DNA of 63,685 nt, the filler included, from Chiloscyllium plagiosum (lineage: Eukaryota): the NCBI RefSeq assembly GCF_004010195.1. It is 5 parts of one record of this genome, joined end to end, with 100 filler letters (N's around TTAATTAATTAA, not from the genome) between each part and the next. Parts side by side here need not be neighbours in the genome. Positions count along the whole stretch, not along the records: positions 1 to 16,568 come from NC_057715.1; 4 more parts are not named here. The stretch is one strand, 5' to 3'. The notes below the pieces were generated by a model. It made no database searches. It worked only from the letters and a program-made list of their open reading frames with translations, and had not been told where the DNA came from. Both the position numbers and the translations under genes were made by a program. Below, in pieces: positions 1 through 12,129 of the stretch. Numbering within the stretch: the first letter of the stretch is position 1; each line of letters starts with the position of its first letter.

Positions 1-1344
1 GTGGTGGACAAGTTGTTGGAGGGAATCCTGAGGGACAGGATGTACACTTATTTGGAAAGGCAAGGACTGATTAGTGATAGTCAACATGGCTTTGTATGTG
101 GGAAATCATGTCTCACAAACTTGATTGTTACTGCCTCAAAAAAAAACTCAAAAAGGATTGATGAAGGCAGAACAGTAGATGTGATCTGTATGGACTTCAG
201 CAAGGCATTCGACAAGGTTCCCCATGGGAGACTGATTAGCAAGGTTAGAACTCACTGAATACAGGGCGAACTAGCTATTTGGATACAGAACTGGCTCAAA
301 AGGTAGATGACAGAGCGTGGTGGTGGAGGGTTGCTTTTCAGACTGGAGGCCTGTGACCGGGGAGTGCCACAAGGATCGGTGCTGGGTCCTCTACTTTTTG
401 TCATTTACAGAAATGATTTGGATGCGAGCATTAGAGGTACAGTTCATAAGTTTGCAGATGACACCAAAATTGGAGGTGTAGTGGACAGCAAAGAGGGTTA
501 CCTCAGATTACAACAGGATCTGGACCAGATGGGCCAATGGGCTGAGAAGTAGCAGATGGAGTTTAATTCAGATAAATGTGAGGTGCTGCATTTTGGGAAA
601 GCAAATCTTAGCAGGACTTATACACTTAATGGTAAGGTCCTAGGGAGTGTTGCTCAACAAAGAGACCTTAGAGTGCCGGTTCATAGCTTCTTGAAAGTGG
701 AGTCGAAAGTAGATAGGATAGTGAAGGCGACGTTTGGTATGCTTTCTTTTATTGGTCAGAGTATTGAATACAGGAGTTGGGAGGTCATGTTGCGGCTGTA
801 CAGGACATTGGTTGGGCCACTGTTTGAATATTGCATGTAATTCTGGTCTTCATCCTATTGGAAAGATGTGAAAGTTGAAAGAGTTCAGAAAACATTCACA
901 AGGATGTTGCCAGGGTTGGAGTATTTGAGCTATAGGGAGAGGCTAAACAAGCTGGGACTGTTTTCCCTGGAGCGTCGGAGGCGGAGCGGTGACCTTATAG
1001 AGGTTTACAAAATTATGAGGGACAAAGTCTTTTCCCTGGGGTCGGGGAGTCCAGAACTAGAGGACATAGGTTTAGGGTGAGAGGAGAAAGATATAAGAGA
1101 GACCCACGGGGCAACGTTTTCACACAGAAGGTGGTCCATGTATGGAATAAGCTGCCAGAAGAAGTGATGGAGGCTGGTACAATTGCAACGTTTAAGAGGC
1201 ATTTGAATGGGTATATGAATAGGAAGGGTTTGGAGGGATATGGGCCAGGTGTTGGCAGGTGGGACTAGATTGGGTTGGGATATCTGGTCGGCATGGACGG
1301 GTTGGACTGAAGGGTCTGTTTCCATGCTGTGCATCTCTATGACT
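1..1344 (+). mobile_element. CR1-clade LINE (HER1-like) 3' portion: disrupted reverse transcriptase and 3' UTR
   Basis: Consecutive ORF fragments contain [44 protein letters not shown] and LGLFSLERRR.GDLIEVYKI, broken by stops and frameshifts. Ends in the typical tail ...GAAGGGTCTGTTTCCATGCTGTGCATCTCTATGAC. Confidence 0.95.
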
Positions 1345-1576
1345 TGATTTCCAGTGTGTTACCCCAGTGAATTATGACAATACTTACACCAAATGAACTG
1401 CAATGGTTGCAGATGGTAGCTCACCACCATGCTGTAAAGCAATTAAGAAAAGGGATACAAATACTGACCTTGCTAGCAATGCTCACATTATATCATTAAG
1501 AAAACAATGCCCTTTAAGAACACACAACCACTGTGTATATTTCAGCAACTTTAATTAGTGGTATAAATAGTGCTGT

Positions 1577-1750
1577 CAAGATTAGAGTGGTGCTGGAAAA
1601 GCACAGTAGGTCAGGCAGCATCCCAATGAAGGGCTTTTGCCAGAAATGTCGATTTTCCTGCTTCTCAGATGCTGCCTGACCTGCTGTGCTTTTCCAGCAC
1701 CACTCTCATCTTGACTCTGATCTCCAGCATTTGCATTACCCACCTCTACC
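1577..1750 (+). mobile_element. Fold-back mini-element derived from a Penelope-like 3' end, with a degenerate hammerhead core
   Basis: 1577-1622 is the reverse complement of ~1668-1713. Centre CCAATGAAGGGCTTTTGCCAGAAATGTCGA is a decayed CTGANGA..GAAACGTC. Flanks TATAAATAGTGCT / TATTAATATTGCT resemble a decayed TSD. Confidence 0.75.
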
Positions 1751-2305
1751 ATATTAATATTGCTATTAACATTGCAACAGCCACTTTAAATCAAATCAGC
1801 ATTTAACCTGAAGATGATGGATCGCAAAACGGAACTGGTGGCAAGTGTCTCCTGCACGTGTAGTTAAGAGAGGATCATTTGGATCCATAATGATGTTGGC
1901 AATTCTGTCTGGCAGGTGTTGTAATTTGTTTTGTTTTTAAATCCTCTGATGCACTCTGCCATCATACCTACAAATTACACAGTCAAAATGATGTAGTACC
2001 AACTGAGTGTGATGTTTTAAAACATATTTTGGATCTGCTGCAGTACCCTTAGTATTGGAATTGCAAGTATTTCAAAAACAAATGTTGCAGCTTTCCTCTT
2101 TTTGGTACTGATACCCAGAGATACTGTTCCACTATTTACATGACATTGAGAATTTGAGCAGTTTTTTAAAAAGTTTGTGTGTATGATAATTCAGAATTTG
2201 AATGAGTTTTTTTTAAAATGGATTTTGGTACATTGTTGCTTCACATCATGAAAATACATCACAAGGCATGGTCTTCCATAAAGTGCTGACCTCTGTCTTC
2301 TGGTA

Positions 2306-2536
2306 GTTTAGATTAGATTCCCTAGTGTGGAAACAGGCCCTTCAGTCCAACCAGTCCATACCGACCCTCTGAAGAGTAACTCACCCAGACTTATTTCCTT
2401 CTGACTAATGCATCTAACACAATGGGCAATTTAGCATGGCCAATTTACCTGACCTGCACAGTTTTGGGCTGTGGGAGGAAACCGGAGCAACCGGAGGAAA
2501 CCCATGCAGACACGGGGAGAACGTGCAAACTCCACA
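2306..2536 (-). mobile_element. HE1-type SINE, 5'-truncated
   Basis: Matches the full copies at 21608 and 49204 (V-SINE core TGTGGAGTTTGCACGTTCTCCCC, tail GGGCCTGTTTCCACAC, (AATCT)n end). Confidence 0.88.
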
Positions 2537-3510
2537 TTGCTATGCAATACTAAATTAAGTATTGTTATACTCTAATTTATTTGATTGCTTGCTATGATTT
2601 TAAGTATTTTCCTTCACAATTTCTTTTGCAGTAATAGGATGTTAATTTTGCTACTTTAAGCCAGTCTTTTTGAAGAAAATGATTTTTATTTTTAATTCAC
2701 ATTCCATGCAAGCAATTAAATGTCCGTGTACTTGAACAATTGTAGCTCGTGTTTACGACTGGAATGATTCTCAACTTCGGGTTTTTTGTATTTATTATCA
2801 ATCAGCACCCATTGTTTCAGTACCTTCCACATACTGCCATGAAATTTATAAACACATGCAAGGCATGTGGTTGTAAAATCTGACCTTGCACTACAACAAC
2901 TTACATTATCATAAGCAGACATCTGGCTGCATTTTATCTTCAAACCTACTGTAATAGCTTTCAAGTACAGTTGAAAAATGAGAAGCTTATGTTCTACATT
3001 ACATTAAGACTTTAAGGTCTATTCTGTCTTTATTCTGCTGGTACAAAGTAATATTTTGTGTTGGTTGCCGACTTAAATGCAATTTCTACCTTACTATCAT
3101 AGAAACATTTACTTCTTGACAGTGGGGCCAACTTCTTTTACTGCCTGTTTTTTGGAGTGGTGGGAGTTTAGTTCCAACATGTACAAATTAAGAACTACCA
3201 GGGAAGAGACTTTACAGTGACTTTTTTTTAAAAAAAGGTCAAGTTCATATATATACACATGGAGAACTGCGCCACGGTTTCTAGTAAGACTGGAGAACTG
3301 TTTATCAAAGAGTCAGTGAAAGGGAGAAGAAAGGCTTTTCTTATTTAGTGTGAAAAGAAAAAACTATGGGTATAAAATGCAGTATCATTGGCCACAACAC
3401 ACAAGGTGGCTGTTCAGCCTATTGCATCCTTGCTGGTGCTCTGGAAGAACAACTGCTTGTCTTATTTCTCCACTTTGTGAAAAGTGTTTTCTCTTCAGAT
3501 AATTATCAAA

Positions 3511-3732
3511 TAAAGTTGGTTCCACTATAATGCAGTAGTTCCTTTCTGTTACAATCCCATATTATAAGAAAATCATATAATAGCAGCACTATTTAAAGTA
3601 ATAGGGCCAGAGTTGCATTATAACCAATACATGTTTTAAAATTTCATGCTCGAGAAACGGTCTCCCAATTCATCAATCGTGTTATAACAAATTCACATTA
3701 ATGAAACGCACGTTATAGCAGAATTACTTGTA
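3511..3732. mobile_element. Tc1/mariner-pogo-type MITE (decayed)
   Basis: TA-flanked imperfect terminal inverted repeats TAAAGTTGGTTCCACTATAATGC ... GCACGTTATAGCAGAATTACTTGTA. A second, inverted partial copy lies at ~13440-13573. Confidence 0.65.
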
Positions 3733-4916
3733 CTCTTGAAAGCCACAATTCAGCCTCTGACACAGTCTCAAACATTATATTCCTGGTCTTGACCACTGGC
3801 TGTGTTTTGTTTTACAGAAGTCCTTTTTTTATTTTGCTATTCACCTTAAATCAGTATCCTTTAGCTCCACATATATGAGCAGTGTCCTTTGTCCAGGTTC
3901 CTCAATCATGAGCACTTTGTTCAGATATATCCTCCTAACAGACTCTTCAAGAGGTGACATACTTCTCCTACAAGTAGCGTCTCATTTATGGAATCATTTT
4001 TGTAAATCTTTTCTGCTTTCCTGCCCTTCTGAAAACATGGTGCTCAGATTTAGATACAGTACTCTAGTTAAGGATGAAACAATCCATTATAAAAGGATCA
4101 CCATACACGCCTTTGACTTTGCACTCTTGGGCTGGAATACAATTGCCAAGGCAGATAAAACAGGTAAATGCTTAGCTCAGGCCCATTTTCATTGTCCTCC
4201 TATACTTGAGTACACACAGTTTTAAAAAAAAACCCTAAATCTTGTTTTAAAGGGCCAAGAATTGTGCATTTTGTTTTGCTCCAGATAGAGGCATGTGCAG
4301 GTGGACAAAACCTGTACATCCAAGTCCAGAATCAGATCTTGAATGAACACAAGGATGGGTAAATGTCAGGTCTAACTTGGCTCACTGGAGTTTTGTTCCA
4401 GTTGTAATCATAGCAGACCCTCATTCCCCAAGATCTCTCATCAACCCCATCATGACCAAATCACACCCCATCTCCCCCTCAGTTATCTAGAGGGCAATAG
4501 AAATGCAGATAGCCCTGCCTTTACTTTGTATGCTTGGCTCAGACTCTGGCTGATAAAAAAAACATGTTCAATTGTGATGTTTGACACGTGAATTTATTGA
4601 CTTTGCTTGACTGACATAATTAAGTCGCAATAAGTTCTGCTTTGCAATCAATTTTGTCAGTGTCTTGATCTTGAGTAATTGCATTATTTGGTTGTAGTGT
4701 AAGGTGTCTCTGCATCGTCCTTTTCCTTCCTAGAGAACCTTCCTCACCCAGACTCCAAATCTGAAGCTAATGCAGAGCTTATTTGTCAATTTTTTTGCAT
4801 TCTTTGCTGCATCTTTTCAACATTCGTCTTGTCCATAGGGTACCACTTTTGTTTTCTCATTTGGACATAGATCTCGAGTATCCAATTAATCTTTCTAACT
4901 CATACACTAGCTAGCT

Positions 4917-5002
4917 AGGTTGAGTTGTTCTTCAGAGGGTCAGTGTGGACTTGATGGGCCAAAGGGCCTGTTTCCATAATATAGGGAATCTAATCTAATC
5001 TA
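4917..5002 (+). mobile_element. HE1-type SINE 3' fragment
   Basis: TCTTCAGAGGGTCAGTGTGGACTTGATGGGCCAAAGGGCCTGTTTCC followed by an (AATCT)n tail. Confidence 0.8.
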
Positions 5003-6399
5003 GCCTTGTCAATGGCTCCTTAGATACTTTCTTCATGATAGTTATGATGAATTTTCTGCTCTGGGAAAACAAATGCCCCTTGTTCTCTTCACCATTTTTA
5101 GCAATGTTTTCCAACTCTATAGCACTTTGATTCTCTAGGATCTTTTGAATATGTCATAATCTCCCAGTTGTGCTTATTTCTCTCAAAATGTCGTGTGAAC
5201 CTCTTCAGTTTGGATTTTGCCACAGCAACACGATTAGTATTTTGTAGTTTTGAAAAACTTTGGATTTTTATTCTCAACATATTATGAATGTAACCAGTGT
5301 AACTCAAGAGAAGGCTTCACATCTCCTGGACTCTTAACTCAAACTCTCCTTGATGCCGTACTCTTTATCAAAGTATTGCTTCTTAGCAATGCCAAATTAA
5401 ACAAAGAGTGAATTGTTTTTGACAAATCTATTAAGAGATTGGAGTGTAACCAGCAAGTAAACTAAAGTTAGATTTTCAAAGAACATTAAGGTGCCAAATG
5501 AAAGGGTATTGCAGAAGGGGTCATAGGTTTCAATTATACCTCAGCATTGATGAAGGATTTGGCTAAAGGACCAAGCAAGAATGAACAAAAGTTTAAAAAT
5601 TGGCAGGCTCTTTCTCAGGGCGTGCCACAAGGACCAGTGCTGCAGCCTCAGCCACTTACAATTTATAATGACTTAAATGAAGAGACAATGTGACATATGA
5701 GTGACACAAACAGGTAGGACAAACTGAGGAGGCAAACGACAGCATATGATCAAACCCATGGAGATGGAATGTTTGGGGGCTGCAGGTCAGGGTGCAAAAT
5801 TTAGGGAAATGTGCATCAGGACTGCCGTATGATATCATCTTGTCTCAATTTTTTTCCATTGGGGGCTTCAATAAGAACTACATGTGTTGCAACAAGGAAA
5901 ATGAAGGAAGTGTTAACTGGATTAGAGGCCATTTTATTTATTTGAGTTGCGCTGGTGACTCAGGCAATCTTGCTTTTGTCTGCAGTTCTCTCAGTTAAGA
6001 GTCGAGACAGCGGCAAGGGGTCAGCGTGCCATGATGTGTATATGCAGTGTTCACTTTGAAGGATCAAATTGGCAAACTTTAGCCTACTCTTTACATTCCA
6101 GTTGCGGACATATCCATCAGTCATCAGGGTTTAGCTGCTGGTGGTGTCATCAGTAGATCACCTTGTGCTTCCCTCTCTTGCTACATGCCACCAACCATCT
6201 CAATCTTCACAGCAGGGCTGTTGCCTGGCCTTTCACTTCTATCACCCAGTGTTCCTGTGCACAGCAAACTCCAGACAGCCTGCTAATTGGTTGTCCTCTA
6301 TAAAATTTAAACTGGTTGGAAGGCTATAGTGAGAATCTGACCAAAAATGGGTCCCATCTCAAATATTTTCAAACTTCAGAGTATTCACCACAAAAAGTC

Positions 6400-7380
6400 C
6401 AGGTTAAGTGAGTGGACAAAACAATGCAGCAGAGGGAAATGTCAAATTACTTCATTTTGGCAGGAAGAGTAGAAAAATATCCTTTGATTCATGAGGAAAC
6501 AAACTTTGATGAGAGATGATGTTTTTCATGTACAAAGATAATCTAAAGTTAGCATGCAGATATATCAAGCAACTAAGAGGACATATGGTAACTTGATCTT
6601 CATTGCAAGGAATTGGGAACTCAATGATAAAGAAGCTTTGATAGAATTGTTCAGGCTTTGGTGAAACTACTTGCAATCCTTTAAATGTTCTTCCTGGTCA
6701 TGCATATATTTAATTTGAAAAGCCAGAATTTGCTCATCAACTTCCAGACTGCTATACGACCATGGATCAGTTTAGGAGAAACTTTGATTGTGTGAAATTT
6801 TGATCTTCATACGTCAGGAAGAATACACATGCCTTAGAGGTGGCATAATGAAATTCCACTGGATTGACATCTGAAAAAATTGTTCCATGAAGTAAAATCA
6901 TTCTAACATCTCAAATTTAGAAAAATAAGCTGTGATCACATTGTTCAATGCAAGATTGAGAGGGTTTGAAAAGTGAGGACTGCAGATGCACGAGATCCTG
7001 ATTTCTGATGAAGGACGTATGCCTGAAATGTCGAATCTCCTGCTCCTCAGATGCTGCCTGACCGAGGATTTGATAAGGACAACAACTCCGCTCGCTTTCC
7101 TGGTGGGAGACTGCAGAAGTAGGGCCACAGTCTCAGGACATAGGCTTACAACTGAGATGAGAAATTTCTTTACTCAAAGCATAATATTGGGAATTCTCTA
7201 CCTTACAGAATTGTTATCAATTGATTATATTCAACATTAGGATTGGAGTTTTGAAATTGGGATGATCAAGCTAATGGTGATCAAACAGGACTGGGAAATT
7301 GAGGTTGGATAATGAGGTCTGATCATGCAATAGTGAGTGTGCTCAATGAACTGCATAGCGTATACTTGCTCATGTTTCTT
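6400..7380 (+). mobile_element. Old, highly decayed CR1 LINE 3' region
   Basis: Remnants of EWxK..QM.FN..KC..HFG, GHRL and MRNFFTQ, plus a CR1 3' UTR-like end. Interrupted by the 6970 mini-element. Confidence 0.6.
6970..7063 (+). mobile_element. PLE-derived mini-element with hammerhead-like core
   Basis: Inverted terminus AAAGTGAGGACTGCAGATGC, then TTCTGATGAAGGACGTATGCCTGAAATGTCGA and CTCCTGCTCCTCAGATGCTGCCTGACC. Flanked by GAGGGTTTGA / GAGGATTTGA. Confidence 0.75.
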
Positions 7381-8519
7381 CTGAATCTGATCTGAAGTAG
7401 TACTAGTAACTTTTGGGTTTTGCTGCATGACATCAACTTTAACTCGAAGTACCTTTTGACCCTTGGCTTCTGGGCTGATATTTGACTTTCTCCAGATTGT
7501 ATCAATTTTATTTATAACAGACCCTGCACAGCATTTTGTGCCAATACCCTCCATGGCCATGGTCTTAAGCATAACAATGTCATCAGCAAAACATTTGGTC
7601 CTGAGCTGAGAATTAAACTGCATGTCAGCCCAGATCTTCTAAGTTCCAGATTCAGCCATTGGCTATATTTCCAAAGATGTACAGGGGAACACTGCAAAAG
7701 TCATTTTGCAGTAACTCTATTGGAATTGCCTGGGAAGTTTAAACTTAGGATGGGTAACTCCTCTGCTCCCTAGAATATGTCAGAAAGGTCTAAGTTATTT
7801 AGGAGTTAGAGACTTCTGATAATTCTGAATGACTCATTAGACAGACATAGAACTACCTCCAACGTCTATGTCACTGTATAACAAAGTATCAAAATGACCC
7901 CAAAAATCCCCAATTAATCTTTCATAGGAACTCAAATTTCAGTGAAGCTATCCTATTTTCATACTAAGCTTCTTGCTCAGCCCTCACTGTTATAATGGTC
8001 CCTTTAGTCAAATTTCTGCATATTTACTTATTGCAATTTTCTTTAGTTAACACTTCTCCCAGAGACCATTAAAATAAACCGTTAACTCTGCTCACTTCTT
8101 ACTTATTATGGATCCCCTTAAACCCATACTAAACACCTTTTCATAGGATGTCTTTCTCTGACTCCTCCACACCCTCTGCTTTTGGAGATTTCTTACTCAT
8201 TTCAAAGCACGTAAGGACTTGTCACAAGTTCATGATTGTTTGCAGACTGCTAATGATACTTCAGATGTTTCGGGATCCCTTCTCCCTCTGGGTTGTAAAA
8301 CTCAAGTCAACAAATCATTTTCTCAGCAAGTGGTTGGTATTTATTTTAGTATGTTCTCATGATGTCTTGCAAGTGATGTTCAAAATGACCACTCTGATCT
8401 TAGAAAGAGGCCCTTCAGTGCAGGAAGTCTGTACTGCCAAAGATATACGAGATCCACCGGTCAGCATTAAGCCAACAGCATTGATGTGTAATTTCAAGTG
8501 CTCAAAGTACTTCCAAAAA

Positions 8520-9123
8520 AAAAGGTTGTCAAGTTGCCTGCCCCAACTACCATCCCAAACAGAGCATTCCAGACATCAACTCGCCTTGGATGAAAACTGT
8601 TTCTCTCAAATCCCCTCTTATCCACCTGCCTTTCACCTTAAGGTTATGCCACTTTGCTGTTGACCCTTCACTTAAGGCAAACCGCTGTTTTCTATTTGCC
8701 TTGTCCATGCTCCTCAAATCTTTATATACCTCTGTCAGGTATCCAAACTGCTCAAAAGAAAACAGTCCAAGTTTATCTAACCTGCCTTCATAGCTAAAGG
8801 TACTCCATCCGAGACAACATTCTGCTGCATCTCCTCTGCACCCTCTCCAGTGCAATCATATCCTTTCTTATAGTGTGGAGATCAGAACTGCACACAGTAC
8901 TCCAGCTGTGGCCTAACCAAAGTTCTGTACAGCTCAAGCATGACCTCCCTGCTGTTATAATCTATGCCGCAATTGATCAAGTCTATTCTATTAATTTATC
9001 TTGTCACCTAAAAGAAATTTGCAGACAAATAACCCAAGAACCTTCTGAGCTTCCTAGCATCTTGTCATTGAGTACTCCTTCGTCTGGTTACTACTTCCAA
9101 GATGGATCACCTTACCTATCAAG
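8520..9123 (-). mobile_element. Decayed CR1 LINE, host of nested insertions (resumes at ~13220-13380)
   Basis: Minus ORF 8547-8855 has SYEGRLDKLGLFSFE..LTEVYK..HNLKVKGR. The CR1 sequence continues at ~13220 (GCCATTGACCTGCCCATCTGACC). Confidence 0.8.
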
Positions 9124-9209
9124 ATTTGGAGATGCCGGTGTTGGACTGGGGTGTACAAAGTAAAACATCACAACACCAGGTTATAGTCCAACCGGTTTAA
9201 TTGGAAGCA

Positions 9210-9244
9210 CACTAGCTTTCGGAGCGACGCTCCTTCATCAGATG
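9210..9244 (-). ncRNA. Minimal type I hammerhead ribozyme in the PLE pLTR
   Basis: Minus strand CAT-CTGATGA-A-GGAGC-GTC-GCTCC-GAAA-GC-TA-GTG: intact core, perfect stem II, palindromic AGCT stem III, 3-bp stem I. Confidence 0.8.
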
Positions 9245-9800
9245 ATAGTGGAGGGCTCGATCGTAACACAGAATTTAGAGCAAAAATTGGCAGTGTGATG
9301 TAACTGAAATTATACATTGAAAAATTGATTGTCTGTTAAGCCTTCCATCTGTTAGAATACAGAGAGAGTTTCACTTCTTTCATGTGTAAATCACAAAATC
9401 CTTTTTTAAAAAGTTGCATTCTCGGGTTAACTGTTAACAATGGTGATAGCTAGGCAACATGTTGAAGGTGTTAGCCCAGTGTTCTCCGTCTATGACCTGA
9501 TGTTTAGATTGATTCTAATCTAAAAAGTGAGATAACAGAGCTTTACATAAATTCATGCAGTTTTTGAGCTCAGAGTTCTCCATGAATGTATGCAGTTTTT
9601 GAGCAAAATGCAACGTAACTCTACAAGTACAAATTCACCCCACAAAATATGTGTGTGCATGTGGGTCTTTGTCTGTCTGTGTGTGTGTGTCTGTCTGTCT
9701 GTCTGGGGCGGGGGTTGGAGAGTGTCTTAAGTCTGCGAGGGGGTGCATGTGAGAGCGCGCGTGCGTCTGAGCGCGCGCGGCATGTGTAGTGCAATGGTGA

Positions 9801-11399
9801 TCACTTGTAATGTGACATGAACCCAACGTCCCGCTGGAGGCCCTCCCTATGGGTACCGAACTTTATGCTATTAGCCTCTGCTCAGCCACTTTCCTCTGCT
9901 GCCTGTCCCGAAGTCCACCTTGGACGATGGTCACCCAAAGGTCCGAGGCTGAATGTCCTGGACCACTGAAGTGTTCCCCAACTGGGAGGGAACCCTCCTG
10001 TCTGTTGATTGTTGTGTGGTGCCCATTCATGCGTTGTCGTAGCCTTTGCTCGGTTTCTCCAATGTACCATGCCTCCGGGCATCCTTGCCTGCAACGTATA
10101 AGATAGACAACGTTGGCTGAGTCACATCAGTACCTGCCATGTACAAGGTGGGAGGTGTTCCCACGCGTAATAGTGGTATCTATGTCCACAATCTGACACG
10201 TCTTGCAGCGTCCACCATGACAGGGTTGTATGGAGTTGTCCTGAGAGCCGGGCAGTTTGCTACGAACAATGATCTGTTTGAGGTTTGGCGGTTGTTTATA
10301 GGTAAGTAGTGGAGGTGTGGGGAAGGGCTCGGTGAGTGCTCATCCTCATTGATAATGTGTTGCAGGTCATGAAGAACATGGCGTAATTTTTCAGCCCCTG
10401 GAAAGTACTGAACAACGAAGGGTACCCTGTCAGTTGCAGCACGTGTCTGTCTCCTGAGGAGGTCGTTACGGTTCCTTGCTGTGGGACGTCGGAACTGGCA
10501 GTCGATGAGTTGAGCATCGCAGCCCATTCTTGAGAGGGCATTCTTGAGTTCTTCCAGGTATCCGTCACGTTCTTCATCATCTGAGCAGATCCGGTGTATG
10601 CGTAGGGCTTGTCCATAGGGAATGGCTGTTTTAATATGTTTTGGGTGGAAGCTGGAGAAGTGTAGCATTGTGAGGTTGTCTGTGGGTTTGCGGTAGAGTG
10701 TGGTGCTGAGGTGTCCGTCCTTGATGGAGACGCACGTGTCCAAGAATGAGACAGACAGTCGAGAGTAGTCCATGGTGAGTTTGATGGTGGGGTGAAACTT
10801 GCTGATGTCACTGTGTAGTTTTATCAGTGAATCCTCGCCATGGGTCCAGAGGAAGAAAATGTCATCAATATACCTGTTGTACAATGTTGGTTGGAGATCC
10901 TGCATAGAGAAGAAATCTTATTTGAACCTGTGCATAAAAATGTTGGCATATTGGGGTGCAAATTTGGTCCCCATGGCTGTTCCGTGTGTCTGGATGAAGA
11001 ATTGGTTGTCAAAGGTGAAGACATTATGATCGAGGATAAAGTGGATGAGTTGTAGGATGGTGTTTGGAGACTGACAGTTGTTGGTGTTGAGTACGGAGGC
11101 TGTTGCCGCGATGGGGGATGCTGGTGTAGAGTGCGGAAACGTCCATTGTGACGAGGAATGTTCCCGGTTCGACTGGTCCGTGGGTGCTGAGTTTCTGTAA
11201 GAAATCCGTAGTGTCGCGACAGAAGCTGGAGATCCCCTGTACAATAGGTTTCAAGATGCCTTCCACATAGCCAGAGAGATTCTCACATCGGGTTCCATTG
11301 CCCGACACGATGGGACGTCCCGGGGTGTTGGCTTTGTGTACCTTTGGAAGGCAGTAGAAGTCGCCTACACGAGAAGTACGTGGGATAAGGGCACCCTGT
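9801..11399 (-). pseudogene. Disrupted PLE RT/GIY-YIG endonuclease ORF
   Basis: ORF-track pieces 11024-11308, 10918-11244 and 10180-10905 join via frameshifts and a stop. The GIY-YIG part ends ...GFMSHYK* at 9801-9803. Confidence 0.92.
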
Positions 11400-12026
11400 A
11401 CATGGGTTCATGTCACATTACAGGTGATCACCATTGCACTACACACACACGGACACAGGTACACACAGACACCCCCACACACCCTTATAGAGACACATAC
11501 TCCCAGACGCACCCCCTCACAGACTTAAGACACACTGCACTCTCAACACACACACACACACACACACACAAACACCCCACGACAGACAGACAGACAGACA
11601 CACAAAGACCCACATGCACACATATTTTGTGGGGTGAATTTGTACTTGCAGAGTTACATTGCACTTTGCTCAAAAACTGCATACATTCATGTAGAGCTCT
11701 GAGCTCAAAAACTGCATGAATTTATGTAAAACTCTGATCTCACTTTTTAGATTAGAATCAATCTAAACATCAGGTCATAGACAGAGAACACTGGTGGCTA
11801 ACACCTTCAACATGTTGCCTAGCTATCACCATTGTTAACAGTTAACCCGAGAATGCAACTTTTAAAAAAGGGTTTTGTGATTTACACATGAAAGAAGTGA
11901 AACACTCACTGTATTCTAACAGATGGAAGGCTTAACAGACAATCAATTTTTCAATGTATAATTTCAGTTACATCACACTGCCAATTTTTGCTCTAAATTC
12001 TGTGTTACGATCGAGCCCTCCACTAT

Positions 12027-12061
12027 CATCTGATGAAGGAGCGTCACTCCGAAAGCTAGTG
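12027..12061 (+). ncRNA. Minimal type I hammerhead ribozyme in the inverted pLTR
   Basis: CAT-CTGATGA-A-GGAGC-GTC-ACTCC-GAAA-GC-TA-GTG, with one stem II mismatch. Confidence 0.75.
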
Positions 12062-12129
12062 TGCTTCCAATTAAACCGGTTGGACTATAACCTGGTGTTG
12101 TGAGATTTTTAATTTACCTATCAAGGTTA

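Larger units (their letters stand above)
9124..12113 (-). mobile_element. Penelope-like retroelement (RT + GIY-YIG), 5'-truncated, with inverted pseudo-LTRs and a 12-bp TSD
   Basis: Minus-strand RT motifs FYCLPKVHK, PGRPIVSG, LVTMDVSALYTSIPH, QTHGTAMGTKFAPQYANIFM, RYIDDIF and LYRKPT. These are followed by a Cys linker (CHGGRCKTC) and GIY-YIG (NVVYLIRC..WYIGET..RLRQRMNGH). 9160-9825 and 11403-12113 are inverted copies. TTACCTATCAAG occurs at 9112-9123 and 12114-12125. Confidence 0.95.

Noticed and set aside
1005..1334. Recurring ORF family METDPSVQPVHADQISQPNLVPPA (also 39330, 44511, 60197)
   Set aside because: Antisense reading of the CR1 3' end, not a protein family.
8148..8663. 171-aa plus-strand ORF
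   Set aside because: No recognisable homology, and its 3' part is antisense CR1.
10180..11399. Telomerase or group II intron RT
   Set aside because: The downstream GIY-YIG domain and pLTRs identify it as Penelope-like.
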